Virus record (IMG/VR): IMGVR_UViG_3300025949_000022
Span: 11,104-75,103 of that record
DNA length: 64,000 bases
Strand: one strand, 5' to 3'
Source: a virus
This document shows positions 1 through 10,558 of this stretch, piece by piece (the stretch's first letter is position 1; the number at the start of each line of letters is the position of its first letter). The translations under genes were made by a program, and so were the position numbers. The notes beneath the pieces are model-generated. The model ran no database searches. It was not told the DNA's origin and saw nothing but the letters and a program-made list of their open reading frames with translations.

Positions 1-286
1 CTTGGAAGGGATTTTAGTTGGTGGGATTTGATTGTTGCTTACAGGTATTTAAAGTTCCTTAAAAGGCGTCCAATAGCGGTAAGAATACCAATTAAACTTA
101 AAAAATTAATTAAAAAAATAAACAGATCAAAACCGGAAGATTTTGAAACCATAGCTAAATCTCGAAAATCAGCAGCTGAAATAATTTGCGATTTATTTTC
201 TGTTAAGGTAAATGAAAGTTGTGATTGCATGAGTTAAAAAATTAATCGCTCAACTTCAACGTGGTAGTTAATTTTGACGGTTAGTA

Positions 287-318
287 GGCATCGGCTTTGA
301 TTAGTCGGTGCCCTTTTT
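287..318 (+). terminator. Intrinsic terminator after ORF 28..237
   Basis: GGCATCGGCT...AGTCGGTGCC hairpin followed by a T run. Confidence 0.7.
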
Positions 319-494
319 ATTAACCCTGCATCCAAAAAAAGAAAATAAAAAAACTCAAACTATTTAAGCACTGATCTATCTTTTATTTCAGAATGATTAA
401 CAATAGCGTTATCATCCTGCCACCTACCTATTAAAATAAAAGCAATACAAATTAACAGGGCTAAAGCAAAGCAATATATGAGTATCTTCATGGC

Positions 495-857
495 TTATAC
501 AAAGTTTGCAACGTTTTTAGTTATGATATAATGATGAGACGCATATGTTTTAGTCCAAGATGGCGGAACAAATTCATCTGTGCTATCAACAGTTTCATGT
601 ATACAAGTTTCAGGATTTAATATTGACGGCGTAAATGAAATAGTACCATTGTTTTCCTGTATCAAATTCCATCCGAAAGTATTTTTATCGTTATTTAGCG
701 GTAAAACCGTTTGCAATCCGCACCCACATAAACAACGGTGCGCAGATGTTTGATATTCTTCCGAAATATAAACATGATTATCTTTCATTTCCTTAAATGG
801 TATCATAAATCCATCTAAAAAAACAGGCGTTATTTCAACTTGCTTTATTGTTTTCAT
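495..857 (-). CDS. DUF6527-like hypothetical protein
   Basis: HRCLCGCG...W.L...G.ISFTPSI motif. Confidence 0.6.
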   Translation of the reverse strand: MKTIKQVEITPVFLDGFMIPFKEMKDNHVYISEEYQTSAHRCLCGCGLQTVLPLNNDKNTFGWNLIQENNGTISFTPSILNPETCIHETVDSTDEFVPPSWTKTYASHHYIITKNVANFV

Positions 858-1132
858 GGCTTGGTGGTTTGCAGTACCGTATCGGCGTTTGTAACGGTTT
901 GAGTTGGTTGATTAACCGTTTCTGAAAGGATATCGTCTTTCTTTGAACTGCCGGATGAACTGCCGAAATAATACCCTGTCGCTGCGGAAACGGCGGCTAC
1001 CATAGCAATCAATATTTGAGGATCAGGTTTTATATTCCTGATTGAACACATGAAGAAATAAGAGAAGCCGAATATCACTATTACAAGTGCTAATACTGGC
1101 TTAATGTTGTCGGATAACCACGTTGTTTTCAT
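854..1132 (-). CDS. Holin-like protein (2 TM)
   Basis: Two hydrophobic helices, YYFGSSSGS motif, next to the endolysin. Confidence 0.7.
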   Translation of the reverse strand: MKTTWLSDNIKPVLALVIVIFGFSYFFMCSIRNIKPDPQILIAMVAAVSAATGYYFGSSSGSSKKDDILSETVNQPTQTVTNADTVLQTTKP

Positions 1133-1230
1133 TTTATTTTACTCTTTAATTTTCATTTGTTTCCACCATCCATAACCAGTATAAAAGAACAGTATCCCGT
1201 ATTCTGATATAAAGGTTTGGCTTAGTTCCA

Positions 1231-1746
1231 TTATTCAGGCATATAAGCAAATCCTAATAAATTCAAGTTATGCAGGCTGTGAGGCAAACCCAATGTATGA
1301 ACATTCGCCCAAACTCTATATCCTTCTCTGCCACCGGCCCCATTTGTATTGCCCTCTATTGAGGTGAAATGTTTACCATCCGCGTCAACGTCTATTACAA
1401 TTCCTGTATGCCCGTTTGTGCCGTCACCTTCCTGCCATATTGCCACTGCACCTAAACGCGGGAGAGTACCTGTAATGACCTCTTTAGAGGCTTTAAAATT
1501 AAGCCACATAGTATGAGTAGACGGTGAACAGTATTTTTTAAGATAAGCTAAGATAATAGGCGCATCGGCATAAGCACCGAATAAAACAACCATTACAAAG
1601 AATGCACACCATGAGGCCGATCTGTAAAATCCTACAGCAAGCATTTTCTTTTGGAAGGCCGCGTCTTTAAAGCCCAAATTAGGCGGTATTTCTTCTTGTC
1701 CTATGTAAGACTTTGCCTGTTTAATAATTTCGTCAATGTGGCTCAT
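1231..1746 (-). CDS. CHAP-domain endolysin
   Basis: WCAFFV (catalytic Cys), GHTGIV (His), IEGNT motifs. Confidence 0.9.
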   Translation of the reverse strand: MSHIDEIIKQAKSYIGQEEIPPNLGFKDAAFQKKMLAVGFYRSASWCAFFVMVVLFGAYADAPIILAYLKKYCSPSTHTMWLNFKASKEVITGTLPRLGAVAIWQEGDGTNGHTGIVIDVDADGKHFTSIEGNTNGAGGREGYRVWANVHTLGLPHSLHNLNLLGFAYMPE

Positions 1747-2547
1747 AGTTTAAAATGATTTTGAATTTTTTACTATATATTCAGCAAACTTTTTACGCTG
1801 ATATTTTTTCATATCTATTATATTGGCCTCGATCAATACCCTTTGTTCGTGAGCCTTTACATCAGGTTCTGTGTACCCTAAAACTTTATAATCTGACGGG
1901 CCAGTTATTGTCTTCATTTTAAGAATTAGCAATAATATAAACAGGAATAGCAACCACCAGTACAATGATAATGTAACCTAAAATCAATATCCAAAGTGGC
2001 TGTTTCATTGCTCTTTTTTTAAACTTAAACATTTACTGCATTGAACGAAAATCCAGTTAAAGTTTCCCTCCTTATTAAATCCGGATTCTACAGTTAATTT
2101 TTCGCCCTTATAAATAGCAGTTCCACAACAACTGCAACAATAATTTTTTTTAGCTATCATTATTCCCCTTTTTTAAACTTATCCAAAATATCCACTACTA
2201 CCCCGTTATGATCTACTTCTGCACTTAATACTTCACTTCCTATAGTCTCTAAAGCATCGAGCGTAACGTTAACAATTTTATCAATAGTTTCCTGCTCGTA
2301 ATATTTAGATGTGGCTGTTATTTTTATGACTATCATCTTAATCAAATTTAGAAAATAAAGTTGGTTTATTTGCAAATAAAAAAGCCCTCCATTTCTGAAA
2401 GGCTTTCCCCTGCGTTACCAGTTATTATTTAATAAAATTGCACTCTTAACCGATATTGCTCTTGGGTATCTTCCGACCCTCGGTAGTCACAACGGCGACC
2501 TTTGGACAGTCTTTGTGTGTAGTGCTTCGACCCGCTAAAACGTATGC

Positions 2548-3084
2548 TTAAATATTATTCAAAGATGCGGCTTTTCTATGAACGAAACAACCCTGTGTTT
2601 CTAATAAAGCTATGTTAGCTATTTCGGCTATAGGAATATTAAGCTTATCACACTTCCCGTAATGAATTTTATTTGCAATTATCTTTTCGTTGCTGTTTAA
2701 AGCCTGTGTTTTTTCAATGTCTCTAACGAAAAATCCACAATTATTACAATTGCAATCCAGTAATTGAAGTTCAAAAATACTTTCCTTCTCGAGATTGATT
2801 TTAACATTCAGCGCTGTCTTAAATCCTTTATCGGTTTTCTTTCTTAATGCCATAGCTTTCTCTTTAACCGCATAAGCAGCCGTACCTCTTTGTTTAGAGC
2901 CGTTGAATACAAAAACATAATGGGCGTAAACTCTTAGCGCCTGCGCTATTTTCCTTGCCTTAAACCCGCTTATTTGGTCTATAAGGGTGCCGTTATTTGT
3001 GATAGTTAAACTTTTGATAAGTTGCTCATATTTAACCCTCGCGAACTCCGAACGATTATTAGCTGTCTTTCTGATCGTCTCCAT
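2548..3084 (-). CDS. Hypothetical protein with C-terminal Cys cluster
   Basis: CNCNNC...C...C pattern. Confidence 0.5.
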   Translation of the reverse strand: METIRKTANNRSEFARVKYEQLIKSLTITNNGTLIDQISGFKARKIAQALRVYAHYVFVFNGSKQRGTAAYAVKEKAMALRKKTDKGFKTALNVKINLEKESIFELQLLDCNCNNCGFFVRDIEKTQALNSNEKIIANKIHYGKCDKLNIPIAEIANIALLETQGCFVHRKAASLNNI

Positions 3085-3604
3085 CTTTTTCGGTTAAAAA
3101 CTTGCCATATCTTAAATAATAATTCACATGGAATTGATTCCTGATTACAGATTTTACTTCACTTATTACCTCTTTTGGCACGCCGTATTGCGCCAGTAAA
3201 ATATTAACCGCTATATTTTCATTGTATAATATTTTCTTAACTTGGTCGTGCGGTAAATCTTTTATGGAAACCCTTTGAATAGAGTTTTTATCAATTAATA
3301 AAGCAGCCTGACTTTTTACGATTTTATTTCTTAAATGGGCCTGATTTTCACAACAGGATTTACACATTACCCATTTTCTACCATTATCTGCGCGGGTGGC
3401 AACTACAGGCCCGTCTAAAGGGTAAAACTTTGGTTCATATTCGAAGTTGTAATTCTTGATTAACACTCCGCATTCTGTACAATTTGGATTCTTTTCCAAA
3501 ACGGCATTAATCAGCCGTTGCTTATCTTGCTTGTTCATAATTTTATGGTTTAGTGAAAGTACAAATATACCAATTAAACCAACCATATCCGACATGCTTA
3601 TCAA
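3059..3604 (-). CDS. Hypothetical Zn-binding/HNH-like protein (likely start MNKQ)
   Basis: CTEC...CKSC pairs. Confidence 0.45.
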   Translation of the reverse strand: MISMSDMVGLIGIFVLSLNHKIMNKQDKQRLINAVLEKNPNCTECGVLIKNYNFEYEPKFYPLDGPVVATRADNGRKWVMCKSCCENQAHLRNKIVKSQAALLIDKNSIQRVSIKDLPHDQVKKILYNENIAVNILLAQYGVPKEVISEVKSVIRNQFHVNYYLRYGKFLTEKDGDDQKDS

Positions 3605-3761
3605 GAAAAAAGAAAAAAATAAATGCTTACCGAGCCTTGCGCCAAGTAAGCATTTTCATAAACCTTTTCAATTATAAAACCTTTGATAAATTATGAGCTT
3701 GAGCAGCCCTTTTCAGATAAACAAATGTAATAATTATTTTGAATATTTTGCAGCCATTATT

Positions 3762-4052
3762 TCATCGTGGCCTGTTCCTGATATACAGCCACAAGCGCCA
3801 CATTACAATAACCATTGGCGTATTACAAACAACTCTTAATAGCACTTGGTCGAACGTTTGAAAATAACCTAAATCCCATGCAAGATAATACGAACCAGCA
3901 ACCCCAAACTGCCAACATTTTGCAAGGAATAATTGTATAATTAATATACGCAACAGCCCATCGCGCGATAAGTAAAACTCATACGCAATCATGCCTGAAA
4001 ATATAACTATTCCCCAAAATATTAATTGTGATATGAGCATTTCAGTTGTCAT
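3762..4052 (-). CDS. Small 3-TM membrane protein
   Basis: Three hydrophobic segments; translationally coupled. Confidence 0.6.
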   Translation of the reverse strand: MTTEMLISQLIFWGIVIFSGMIAYEFYLSRDGLLRILIIQLFLAKCWQFGVAGSYYLAWDLGYFQTFDQVLLRVVCNTPMVIVMWRLWLYIRNRPR

Positions 4053-4297
4053 TTCTTAATGGTTTTTATCAGTGTGCTTAGTTCAGAAAGTACCGAAATG
4101 TTATCTTTAGTAGTCTTGTTGGTTTCTTCAAATTGTTTCTCAATTGTTCGCTGCCATTCGGAGCGTTCCTGCCGGTGTAATCTTTCCTGTTCATCCCGCT
4201 CGTCACGGTGGTCTTTCAGTTGTTGCTTTATGAATAAAGCAAGCCAGCCAATACCGCCTAACAATAGTCCTACCGCTCCGTATTGTTCTAACATCAT
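4049..4297 (-). CDS. BhlA/UviB-like holin-like protein
   Basis: One N-terminal TM plus charged coiled coil. Confidence 0.5.
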   Translation of the reverse strand: MMLEQYGAVGLLLGGIGWLALFIKQQLKDHRDERDEQERLHRQERSEWQRTIEKQFEETNKTTKDNISVLSELSTLIKTIKK

Positions 4298-4557
4298 TTA
4301 TTTTTTATAGCCCAGATAGCCTCGCTTAAATCCTGTATCTTTTCGCCCAGTTCTTTAATGGTTGGGTTCATCTCGTCATGGACAATTTTACGTAATTCCG
4401 CATCACGGGCTTCGGAGAAATATTTAAACACCTTGTCTATCCCTTTCCAACACAGCGCAAAGGAGGCAAACAACACCGTGTTGTCTTTTATCCAGTTAAA
4501 TATTGGTTCCCACCACGAAGGCGTTTGTTGTATCATTGTTTTGCTATATGTAGCCAT
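4294..4557 (-). CDS. Holin-like single-TM coiled-coil protein
   Basis: TM helix followed by coiled coil; lysis-region context. Confidence 0.45.
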   Translation of the reverse strand: MATYSKTMIQQTPSWWEPIFNWIKDNTVLFASFALCWKGIDKVFKYFSEARDAELRKIVHDEMNPTIKELGEKIQDLSEAIWAIKNK

Positions 4558-4930
4558 GTCTTGTTGCCGATATTACAATCATAATGGTAGCTACAATGAT
4601 GCCAACTATTGTAAGCTGTAACCCGTAGGTATGCTTTATTAGACTATATTTTTGAGCAATTACGGCTATGTTTAAAATTAAGGTAAAAAAACCGATAATT
4701 ATTAAGAAATTGTTGTCAAATGTGCAGCGTTCCTCTTGTCGTGTACGGGCAAATAAAAAAGATAACAGCATCAATGGTATCATAAGGGAACTATCGTAAA
4801 ATACCGTCCATCCGTAGCTATTCCAGTACGTTAATTCAGGTGTGTCATGGCTCATTCGCCAAAAGTAAATCAACATGCTGAATAAATAGCCTATCAGGAT
4901 GAACGATACGCCGAATTTCTTAATCATCAT
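4544..4930 (-). CDS. 4-TM membrane protein
   Basis: Four hydrophobic segments. Confidence 0.65.
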   Translation of the reverse strand: MMIKKFGVSFILIGYLFSMLIYFWRMSHDTPELTYWNSYGWTVFYDSSLMIPLMLLSFLFARTRQEERCTFDNNFLIIIGFFTLILNIAVIAQKYSLIKHTYGLQLTIVGIIVATIMIVISATRHGYI

Positions 4931-5064
4931 GGCTTCGGGCCGGTAGGCGGTGATACAGGGTCGCCGTTGGTTTGTACCTTTATGCCATGCTTGGCTTCCA
5001 GTTCTGTTTTTTGCTCGTCCGTTAGCTCGTTTAACTGATCCGCCAAATCTTTTAAATCTTCCAT
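4927..5064 (-). CDS. 45-aa peptide MEDLKDLADQLNELTDEQKTELEAKHGIKVQTNGDPVSPPTGPKP (not in ORF track)
   Basis: Manual translation; A-rich start context; TGA overlaps the ATG of the 4-TM gene. Confidence 0.7.
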   Translation of the reverse strand: MEDLKDLADQLNELTDEQKTELEAKHGIKVQTNGDPVSPPTGPKP

Positions 5065-5093
5065 TTTTTACTTGTTTGTTTTTTATAAATGTA

Positions 5094-5879
5094 TTAATTA
5101 ATATTTATAATAGTTTGTACCGGTCCACCCGAAATATTAGAGGATACCTGAACGGTTGAATATCCCTGAATTGGAACAGATACAGATGCCGTTGTTGTTG
5201 TTCCAACTGTGTAAACCGGTGTTAACGTAGTAGTTTTTTGCGCTCCGTTTGTATCTTGATAGGTAATCGTAAAAGAGGCCGTTCCAGCCAACTGTGGCAG
5301 TATTGTTGTCGTTATAGTATATTGTCCGTCACTCGGTACTTCTGCCTGTATGTAATCGCCGGTATTTGTAGCTGGAATTGTAAGATTGAATATGTTGAAT
5401 CCATAGGGCCGGAATACGATTTGGCTATTCATAGAAACCGCTAAATAATTATTGGGTGTTCCAGGGGGCACGTTTATTATTCCATTTATACCGGCTGGAC
5501 CTTGCGCGCCAGTTGCTCCGATAGGACCCTGTGGGCCTGCTGGACCAGTGGCTCCGGTCTGCCCTATTGGCCCCTGCGGCCCGGCTGGTCCTACTGCGCC
5601 CTGAACGCCTTGCGGCCCCGGAATACCGACAGGCAAAGTTATTAACTGCCATCCTATAACTTTCGGGCTAAACGATGTAACGGTTAGCATCCATATTTGA
5701 TTAGACCCAGCAATTACCATTGGCGGATATATAGGCCATTGATTGCCCCCCGAAAAATATGCCATCATTCCATCTTTAGGATTTAAAAATGGAGGGGCAG
5801 GAATAAAAGGTTGCTTGGTTTGCGCTTTAACAACAAAGGCTAAAGAGAAAAGTAAAAGGGTGATGAGTGTTTTTTTCAT
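5094..5879 (-). CDS. Collagen-like repeat protein with Sec signal peptide
   Basis: About 16 Gly-X-Y triplets; likely start [19 protein letters not shown]|Q. Confidence 0.8.
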   Translation of the reverse strand: MKKTLITLLLFSLAFVVKAQTKQPFIPAPPFLNPKDGMMAYFSGGNQWPIYPPMVIAGSNQIWMLTVTSFSPKVIGWQLITLPVGIPGPQGVQGAVGPAGPQGPIGQTGATGPAGPQGPIGATGAQGPAGINGIINVPPGTPNNYLAVSMNSQIVFRPYGFNIFNLTIPATNTGDYIQAEVPSDGQYTITTTILPQLAGTASFTITYQDTNGAQKTTTLTPVYTVGTTTTASVSVPIQGYSTVQVSSNISGGPVQTIININ

Positions 5880-5880
5880 A

Positions 5881-6180
5881 TTAATAAAGTCTAAACCATT
5901 TTGCAACAGAAGCCTCATATTCATAGCACATACATACTCCGGTTGCTGCTGATGTTGGTAGTGTGCTTATTATTCCACTAACCGCTGAAAGTGTTAATAA
6001 TGTTACGCCACCATTGAAAAATAATAATAAATTATCTCTGTCGTTTGGAGAAGATGGGAATGGTAGTGTAGCGTTAGCAAGCAAACTGCCCGTCCCTATT
6101 ATTACCTTCCCGACACCGCTGTTAATTTGGGTACTGCCTGTTGTCGTTACTTGTTGTACGCCCTCTGGTCTTAATATCAT
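5881..6180 (-). CDS. Tail-fibre-associated small protein
   Basis: Resembles fibre C-terminal domain (TLP..P..........KWFRL); follows the fibre gene. Confidence 0.5.
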   Translation of the reverse strand: MILRPEGVQQVTTTGSTQINSGVGKVIIGTGSLLANATLPFPSSPNDRDNLLLFFNGGVTLLTLSAVSGIISTLPTSAATGVCMCYEYEASVAKWFRLY

Positions 6181-6184
6181 AGCC

Positions 6185-8965
6185 TTAATTAGTCTTGACC
6201 CAGTTGGTCCCGTCTGATTGCAATAAATAAACAGACGTATTAACCAATGTGGTTAGTGAATTGCTTGCCGCATCCTTTACGGTAGCACCTGTAAAACTCC
6301 ATGTAAAACTTCCTGATGTATCCTGGTTCCAAATAGTAAGCTTTTGCCCACTGTAAGTTGATGCAGATGGTATTGATACGGTTCTATTAGCGGTAACAAC
6401 GGGTAGCTTAACCAATTGTCCTGCGGTAGTAACTGTATAATTTGCATCTGTCGCCGTATTTACTACATCGGCGGGGCTGCTTACCAAACTTCCATCCCCG
6501 GCTATAAGTTGATTAGCTGTACCTATGCCTGTTGAGGTAAGGTTCTTGCTTGCATCGGTGAATACTACTTTTGAGGCAGTTAGGTTACTTATATTTACTA
6601 CACCTGCGTCGGTTATGCTAAAACGAGATGTATAACCACCTGAATTAATCTGACTTTTTATAACAAGATTTGAGGTTATAGGAGAAGTCCCGTTTACAGG
6701 TTCATTTTCCATTATCCAGTCGGCCTGTTGAGATGCAGCACCCGTCCATGCAAAGCCAGACCACCTGATTCTTGGCGAATACTGTACAGGAACACCGGAT
6801 GTAGCCGCTTGGTTGTTATTTAACATTGGGCCGTCAGCCGATGTAGTAGCTATATTTGTACGCTGTACCGTTAAAGAACCATTAACCTGCAAGGTGGTTG
6901 ATATCGTTGGAGATGTTGCCAATACATAAACCGTTCCTGATCCGGTTGTCGTTCCTGTATTTAAAGTACCGACACCGCCCGATGTATAAACCGGGCCGTT
7001 ACTTGTTAAGTTGCTTAATGTGGCTATATTTTGGGACGTGCCTACATTTACAGATTGCGCCGGCCATGTTCCGCTTACTGTTGTTCCTGTTCCACTTGCT
7101 AAACTTGGGGTTGCTGTAGCAGTACCTCCATTAGCCAATGGTAATAGTCCTGTTACTTTTGCGGTTAAGTCGATTGTTGAATTGGTGATATCACCGTTTA
7201 CAATAGCTGAATAAGACGGAACAGTTCCGCCGTGCAAAACTGTATTTGCACCACCTATTGCCAGTCTATTCAAGAAACCGCTTGAATTTCTGTAATAAGT
7301 ATCGCCTGTAGCATCCGACCCCAAAGTCATGGTTACGCCGCCAAGCACGTTATTACTATTAGTAAACGTTTGATTCTGCCATGAGTTAGCATGTGTCAAA
7401 GCTATTGAAGCAACCACAGCACCCGTTGTTGGTGATATGGTTAATGTTCCATCTGAATTGCTTACAGACGATACCCCTGTAGCGGGTGTTCCAGTCAATT
7501 GGCTATATGGCAAGGATAATGCCGATAGTGTGGTTAAAGTTGAATTTGTAGTAGCTACCAATATTGAAGCGTTCCCGACACTTGTAACGTCCCCTGTAAG
7601 GTTAGCGTTGGTCGTAACATGTCCCGCTGTAAAGCCACTACCCGCCCCTGTAATATTCGTCCCCACCAAAGCGGAAGGCGTACCCAAATTAGGCGTTGTG
7701 AAAACCGGATTAGTTGTATAAGCCACTACCCCAGTACCACTTTCATCACTTAATACTCCCGCTAATTGCGCTGATGTTGTTGAGGCGAATTGTGATAGTG
7801 GATTAGTCGTTAACGCAAGTGTAGTTGGGAACGTATTTGTCCCGCTTGTTAAATCCTTATTAGTTACAACATTAGTGCTGCTTGGCGTGAGATATGTGCC
7901 ACTGGCTTGTTTCCCATTTAACTGTGTCTGAATAGAGCTTGTTGCATCATTAAAAGCCATTGTAGCTGCTGATACACCATTAGTTGATGTTGGGGTTATT
8001 GCGCCCAATACAACGGTAGGGACAGGCGTTGTGGTTCTGTTTGCCCATGTTATAGCTATGCCATTTGCTGTATTGTCGGTTAATGAAGTTACTGTACCAC
8101 CCGCCGCAAGTGAATAAGTACCGAAATTACCGCTTCCATCCACACCTATAGCAAGCGTTGGGGTAATTGAGGTTAGGCCGCTTATAGTATATCCTGTCGT
8201 GCCTATGTTAAATATCCGGTTTGTTCCGCCTAAACTTGATAACGAAGCATTTCCACTTCCATCGAGGGTTAGCTGTCCATTTGCCGTGTTTGAGGCCACT
8301 AAATTAATCACGTTTGACGCACCCAATAATTGCATATACGTGCCTGAAAACGCAGATGTCCCCGCATAGAATTGATTGGCACCGGTAATTATTTTTGCAT
8401 CACTGGCTAACGTTCCGCCCAAGTCAACGGCAGTTCCATTTGCGGTTGTCCCACTGCCGTCTGTTAAAGCAAAAGTATTTGCGGCAACATAATTAGCTAC
8501 GGCTTGGGTAGTTGGGTATAAAGTATTATTTAGCGTCCCGAATGAAGTCGCCTTATTCGCTATATTTTCAGGGGTGAATCCAAGAGCTGGCTGAACAGCA
8601 ATATTACCGCTGCCTAAAAGTGACGTTGAATTGATTGTCTTTATATTCGTTCCACTTACTAATAATGCCTGCGCTCCAATAGAATTATACGACAATGTTC
8701 TCGCTACTGCGCCATTAAAAATAAAAGAACTTGCATCCCCTGCGCCACTTGAATTTACTGTGAGGGGGTATGTGGTTGTTCCACCGCCCCCTCCGCCACC
8801 GTGCGGATTAAACGCTAATAGTCCCGGCGTGCCTCGATTAAACGCCCATATAGTATCCAATGGGGCAATGACTTTATATTGTAGGGCATTACCTCCGGCA
8901 CTCTGCCATGACTGCGCCTGTGCTAATATGGGGAATAATAGAAGGAGAAATAGGTATCGTTTCAT
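6185..8965 (-). CDS. Tail fibre/adhesin-like protein, Thr/Ser/Gly-rich, with Sec signal peptide
   Basis: LVSGTNIKTIN..SLLGSGNI and LSDESGTG.V....P.FTTP.LGTP fibre-type repeats; N-terminus MKRYLFLLLLFPILAQA|Q. Confidence 0.75.
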   Translation of the reverse strand: MKRYLFLLLLFPILAQAQSWQSAGGNALQYKVIAPLDTIWAFNRGTPGLLAFNPHGGGGGGGTTTYPLTVNSSGAGDASSFIFNGAVARTLSYNSIGAQALLVSGTNIKTINSTSLLGSGNIAVQPALGFTPENIANKATSFGTLNNTLYPTTQAVANYVAANTFALTDGSGTTANGTAVDLGGTLASDAKIITGANQFYAGTSAFSGTYMQLLGASNVINLVASNTANGQLTLDGSGNASLSSLGGTNRIFNIGTTGYTISGLTSITPTLAIGVDGSGNFGTYSLAAGGTVTSLTDNTANGIAITWANRTTTPVPTVVLGAITPTSTNGVSAATMAFNDATSSIQTQLNGKQASGTYLTPSSTNVVTNKDLTSGTNTFPTTLALTTNPLSQFASTTSAQLAGVLSDESGTGVVAYTTNPVFTTPNLGTPSALVGTNITGAGSGFTAGHVTTNANLTGDVTSVGNASILVATTNSTLTTLSALSLPYSQLTGTPATGVSSVSNSDGTLTISPTTGAVVASIALTHANSWQNQTFTNSNNVLGGVTMTLGSDATGDTYYRNSSGFLNRLAIGGANTVLHGGTVPSYSAIVNGDITNSTIDLTAKVTGLLPLANGGTATATPSLASGTGTTVSGTWPAQSVNVGTSQNIATLSNLTSNGPVYTSGGVGTLNTGTTTGSGTVYVLATSPTISTTLQVNGSLTVQRTNIATTSADGPMLNNNQAATSGVPVQYSPRIRWSGFAWTGAASQQADWIMENEPVNGTSPITSNLVIKSQINSGGYTSRFSITDAGVVNISNLTASKVVFTDASKNLTSTGIGTANQLIAGDGSLVSSPADVVNTATDANYTVTTAGQLVKLPVVTANRTVSIPSASTYSGQKLTIWNQDTSGSFTWSFTGATVKDAASNSLTTLVNTSVYLLQSDGTNWVKTN

Positions 8966-9133
8966 TTTGTTTGTATTTTTTCTAATTTTATCCTCATGAG
9001 AAGATATGTTATTATTGTATTGGCCCTTTTTATAATCGCTACCGCCGTTTTAATTATCATAGGGATCAATAACCCTCGTAACTTTCAAAATGGCGGCGCG
9101 TACCATGAAAATGAACGCATACGCAAAATGCGA

Positions 9134-10558
9134 TCAGAATGCCCCCAATGTGGTGTCTAAATAGCCTGAAATGTAATCATGCCCGTTATTCATTGGGTGT
9201 ATGCCGCTCAATAAAGCGTTCCCACCGTTAGCCAACATTAATGGCTTCATATTAAAACACCTTGCAATCCCGTACGAAGTAGCTAAAGTTTGAACCGCGT
9301 TTATATAGGTATCTTGCAAAGCATCGCACCCCGCTCCAAACGAAGCATCCAAATTTGCCCAATACCCACTTATTAAAACAATGTCATTTACCGAATAGCC
9401 AGCGGCTAATATTGTATTTAAAACACTTGTATAAGCGGCTGTGAATATGCTTATATTCATTGTTGGTAGAGTACCTTGAAAGTCATGTATAGTATCATTG
9501 GTGCTATATGCGACAAAAACACGCCTATGATTTGAATCTTTATTAACCAAGTTTAGAATGTCAATATTTTGACAATCTACAATCGTGTGTCCTGATACCC
9601 CCCAATTTATGCAACTGGCATTTTTGTAATAAGACAATGCGGTAGCCCAACAATGCCATGCGGGGCTTGCTAAAAGGCCAACTGTTATACTGTCGCCTAA
9701 AAACTGGAATCCATTATAAATTGAAACTGGGTTTCTGCCAACGCCAAAAGTCCAACGGTCAACAATAGCGTTTGCGGCAACATTGTCCGAATCTGAAAGC
9801 CCATCAGCCATAAAAAACATACCGCATGGACGGTTTGTAGGTGCTTGTGGTGTTCCAAAACTGTTCCATGCACCTACCCAAATATCATTTGTGCTTCCGG
9901 CGTCGCTACCTACCGTTGTCGTGGTTGCCAATTTATTGCCTTGTGCAAATATTGTAGCAAGATTATTAGCTAAAATATTTTGAGTATTTAACCCTATAAC
10001 CTGCGTTGGCGAAAAGGAAAACGATTGCCCGAAATCAGCAAAATAATAGAAACTACCTATTGATGCCGCAAATACATTAAAGGAGGTTACGGATTGCGTA
10101 CCATACTGCGCGCCGCCAGATGAATAAAAATAATACCCAGCCGTATAGCTATATGAACCAAACTCCGATAATAATATACCGCTTGTGAGGTATCCACTCC
10201 CGTCGAATATTATCCCCGATCTGTCCATTACAAAAGTATTGCCTATAGAGGCAACTAAATCTTTTGTTCCGGGCGCCATCATATTCACGAATCCTTCGGC
10301 AAGTGTAGTACCGAAAAACGGGTACAGATAATGTGTTTTAGCCCATAGTCCAGCAGCTTTCCAATCGACTACAAATTGATTTGTTTCATCAATTATCCTG
10401 TAAGCGTCGATAGGATGAAATGTTCCGGGTGTTCCTCCGTATTGGTCGCCTGTATAAACGTTCCCTAATACAACGCCAGCAGCAGCAAGATAAGCTGCTG
10501 CATCCGGGTCTATCGGAGAAGCCGCAGAATAAAAATATGGCAATATCCTCCGTAGCAT
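9134..10558 (-). CDS. Virion-associated protein: lectin/LamG-like region plus C-terminal SGNH/GDSL esterase
   Basis: GDSIT, NWGVSG, STND, SGIHP blocks. Confidence 0.8.
   Translation of the reverse strand: MLRRILPYFYSAASPIDPDAAAYLAAAGVVLGNVYTGDQYGGTPGTFHPIDAYRIIDETNQFVVDWKAAGLWAKTHYLYPFFGTTLAEGFVNMMAPGTKDLVASIGNTFVMDRSGIIFDGSGYLTSGILLSEFGSYSYTAGYYFYSSGGAQYGTQSVTSFNVFAASIGSFYYFADFGQSFSFSPTQVIGLNTQNILANNLATIFAQGNKLATTTTVGSDAGSTNDIWVGAWNSFGTPQAPTNRPCGMFFMADGLSDSDNVAANAIVDRWTFGVGRNPVSIYNGFQFLGDSITVGLLASPAWHCWATALSYYKNASCINWGVSGHTIVDCQNIDILNLVNKDSNHRRVFVAYSTNDTIHDFQGTLPTMNISIFTAAYTSVLNTILAAGYSVNDIVLISGYWANLDASFGAGCDALQDTYINAVQTLATSYGIARCFNMKPLMLANGGNALLSGIHPMNNGHDYISGYLDTTLGAF

Noticed and set aside
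1-494. Prophage left boundary (att)
   Set aside because: Strand switch and terminator are suggestive, but no direct repeat or recognisable host gene supports it
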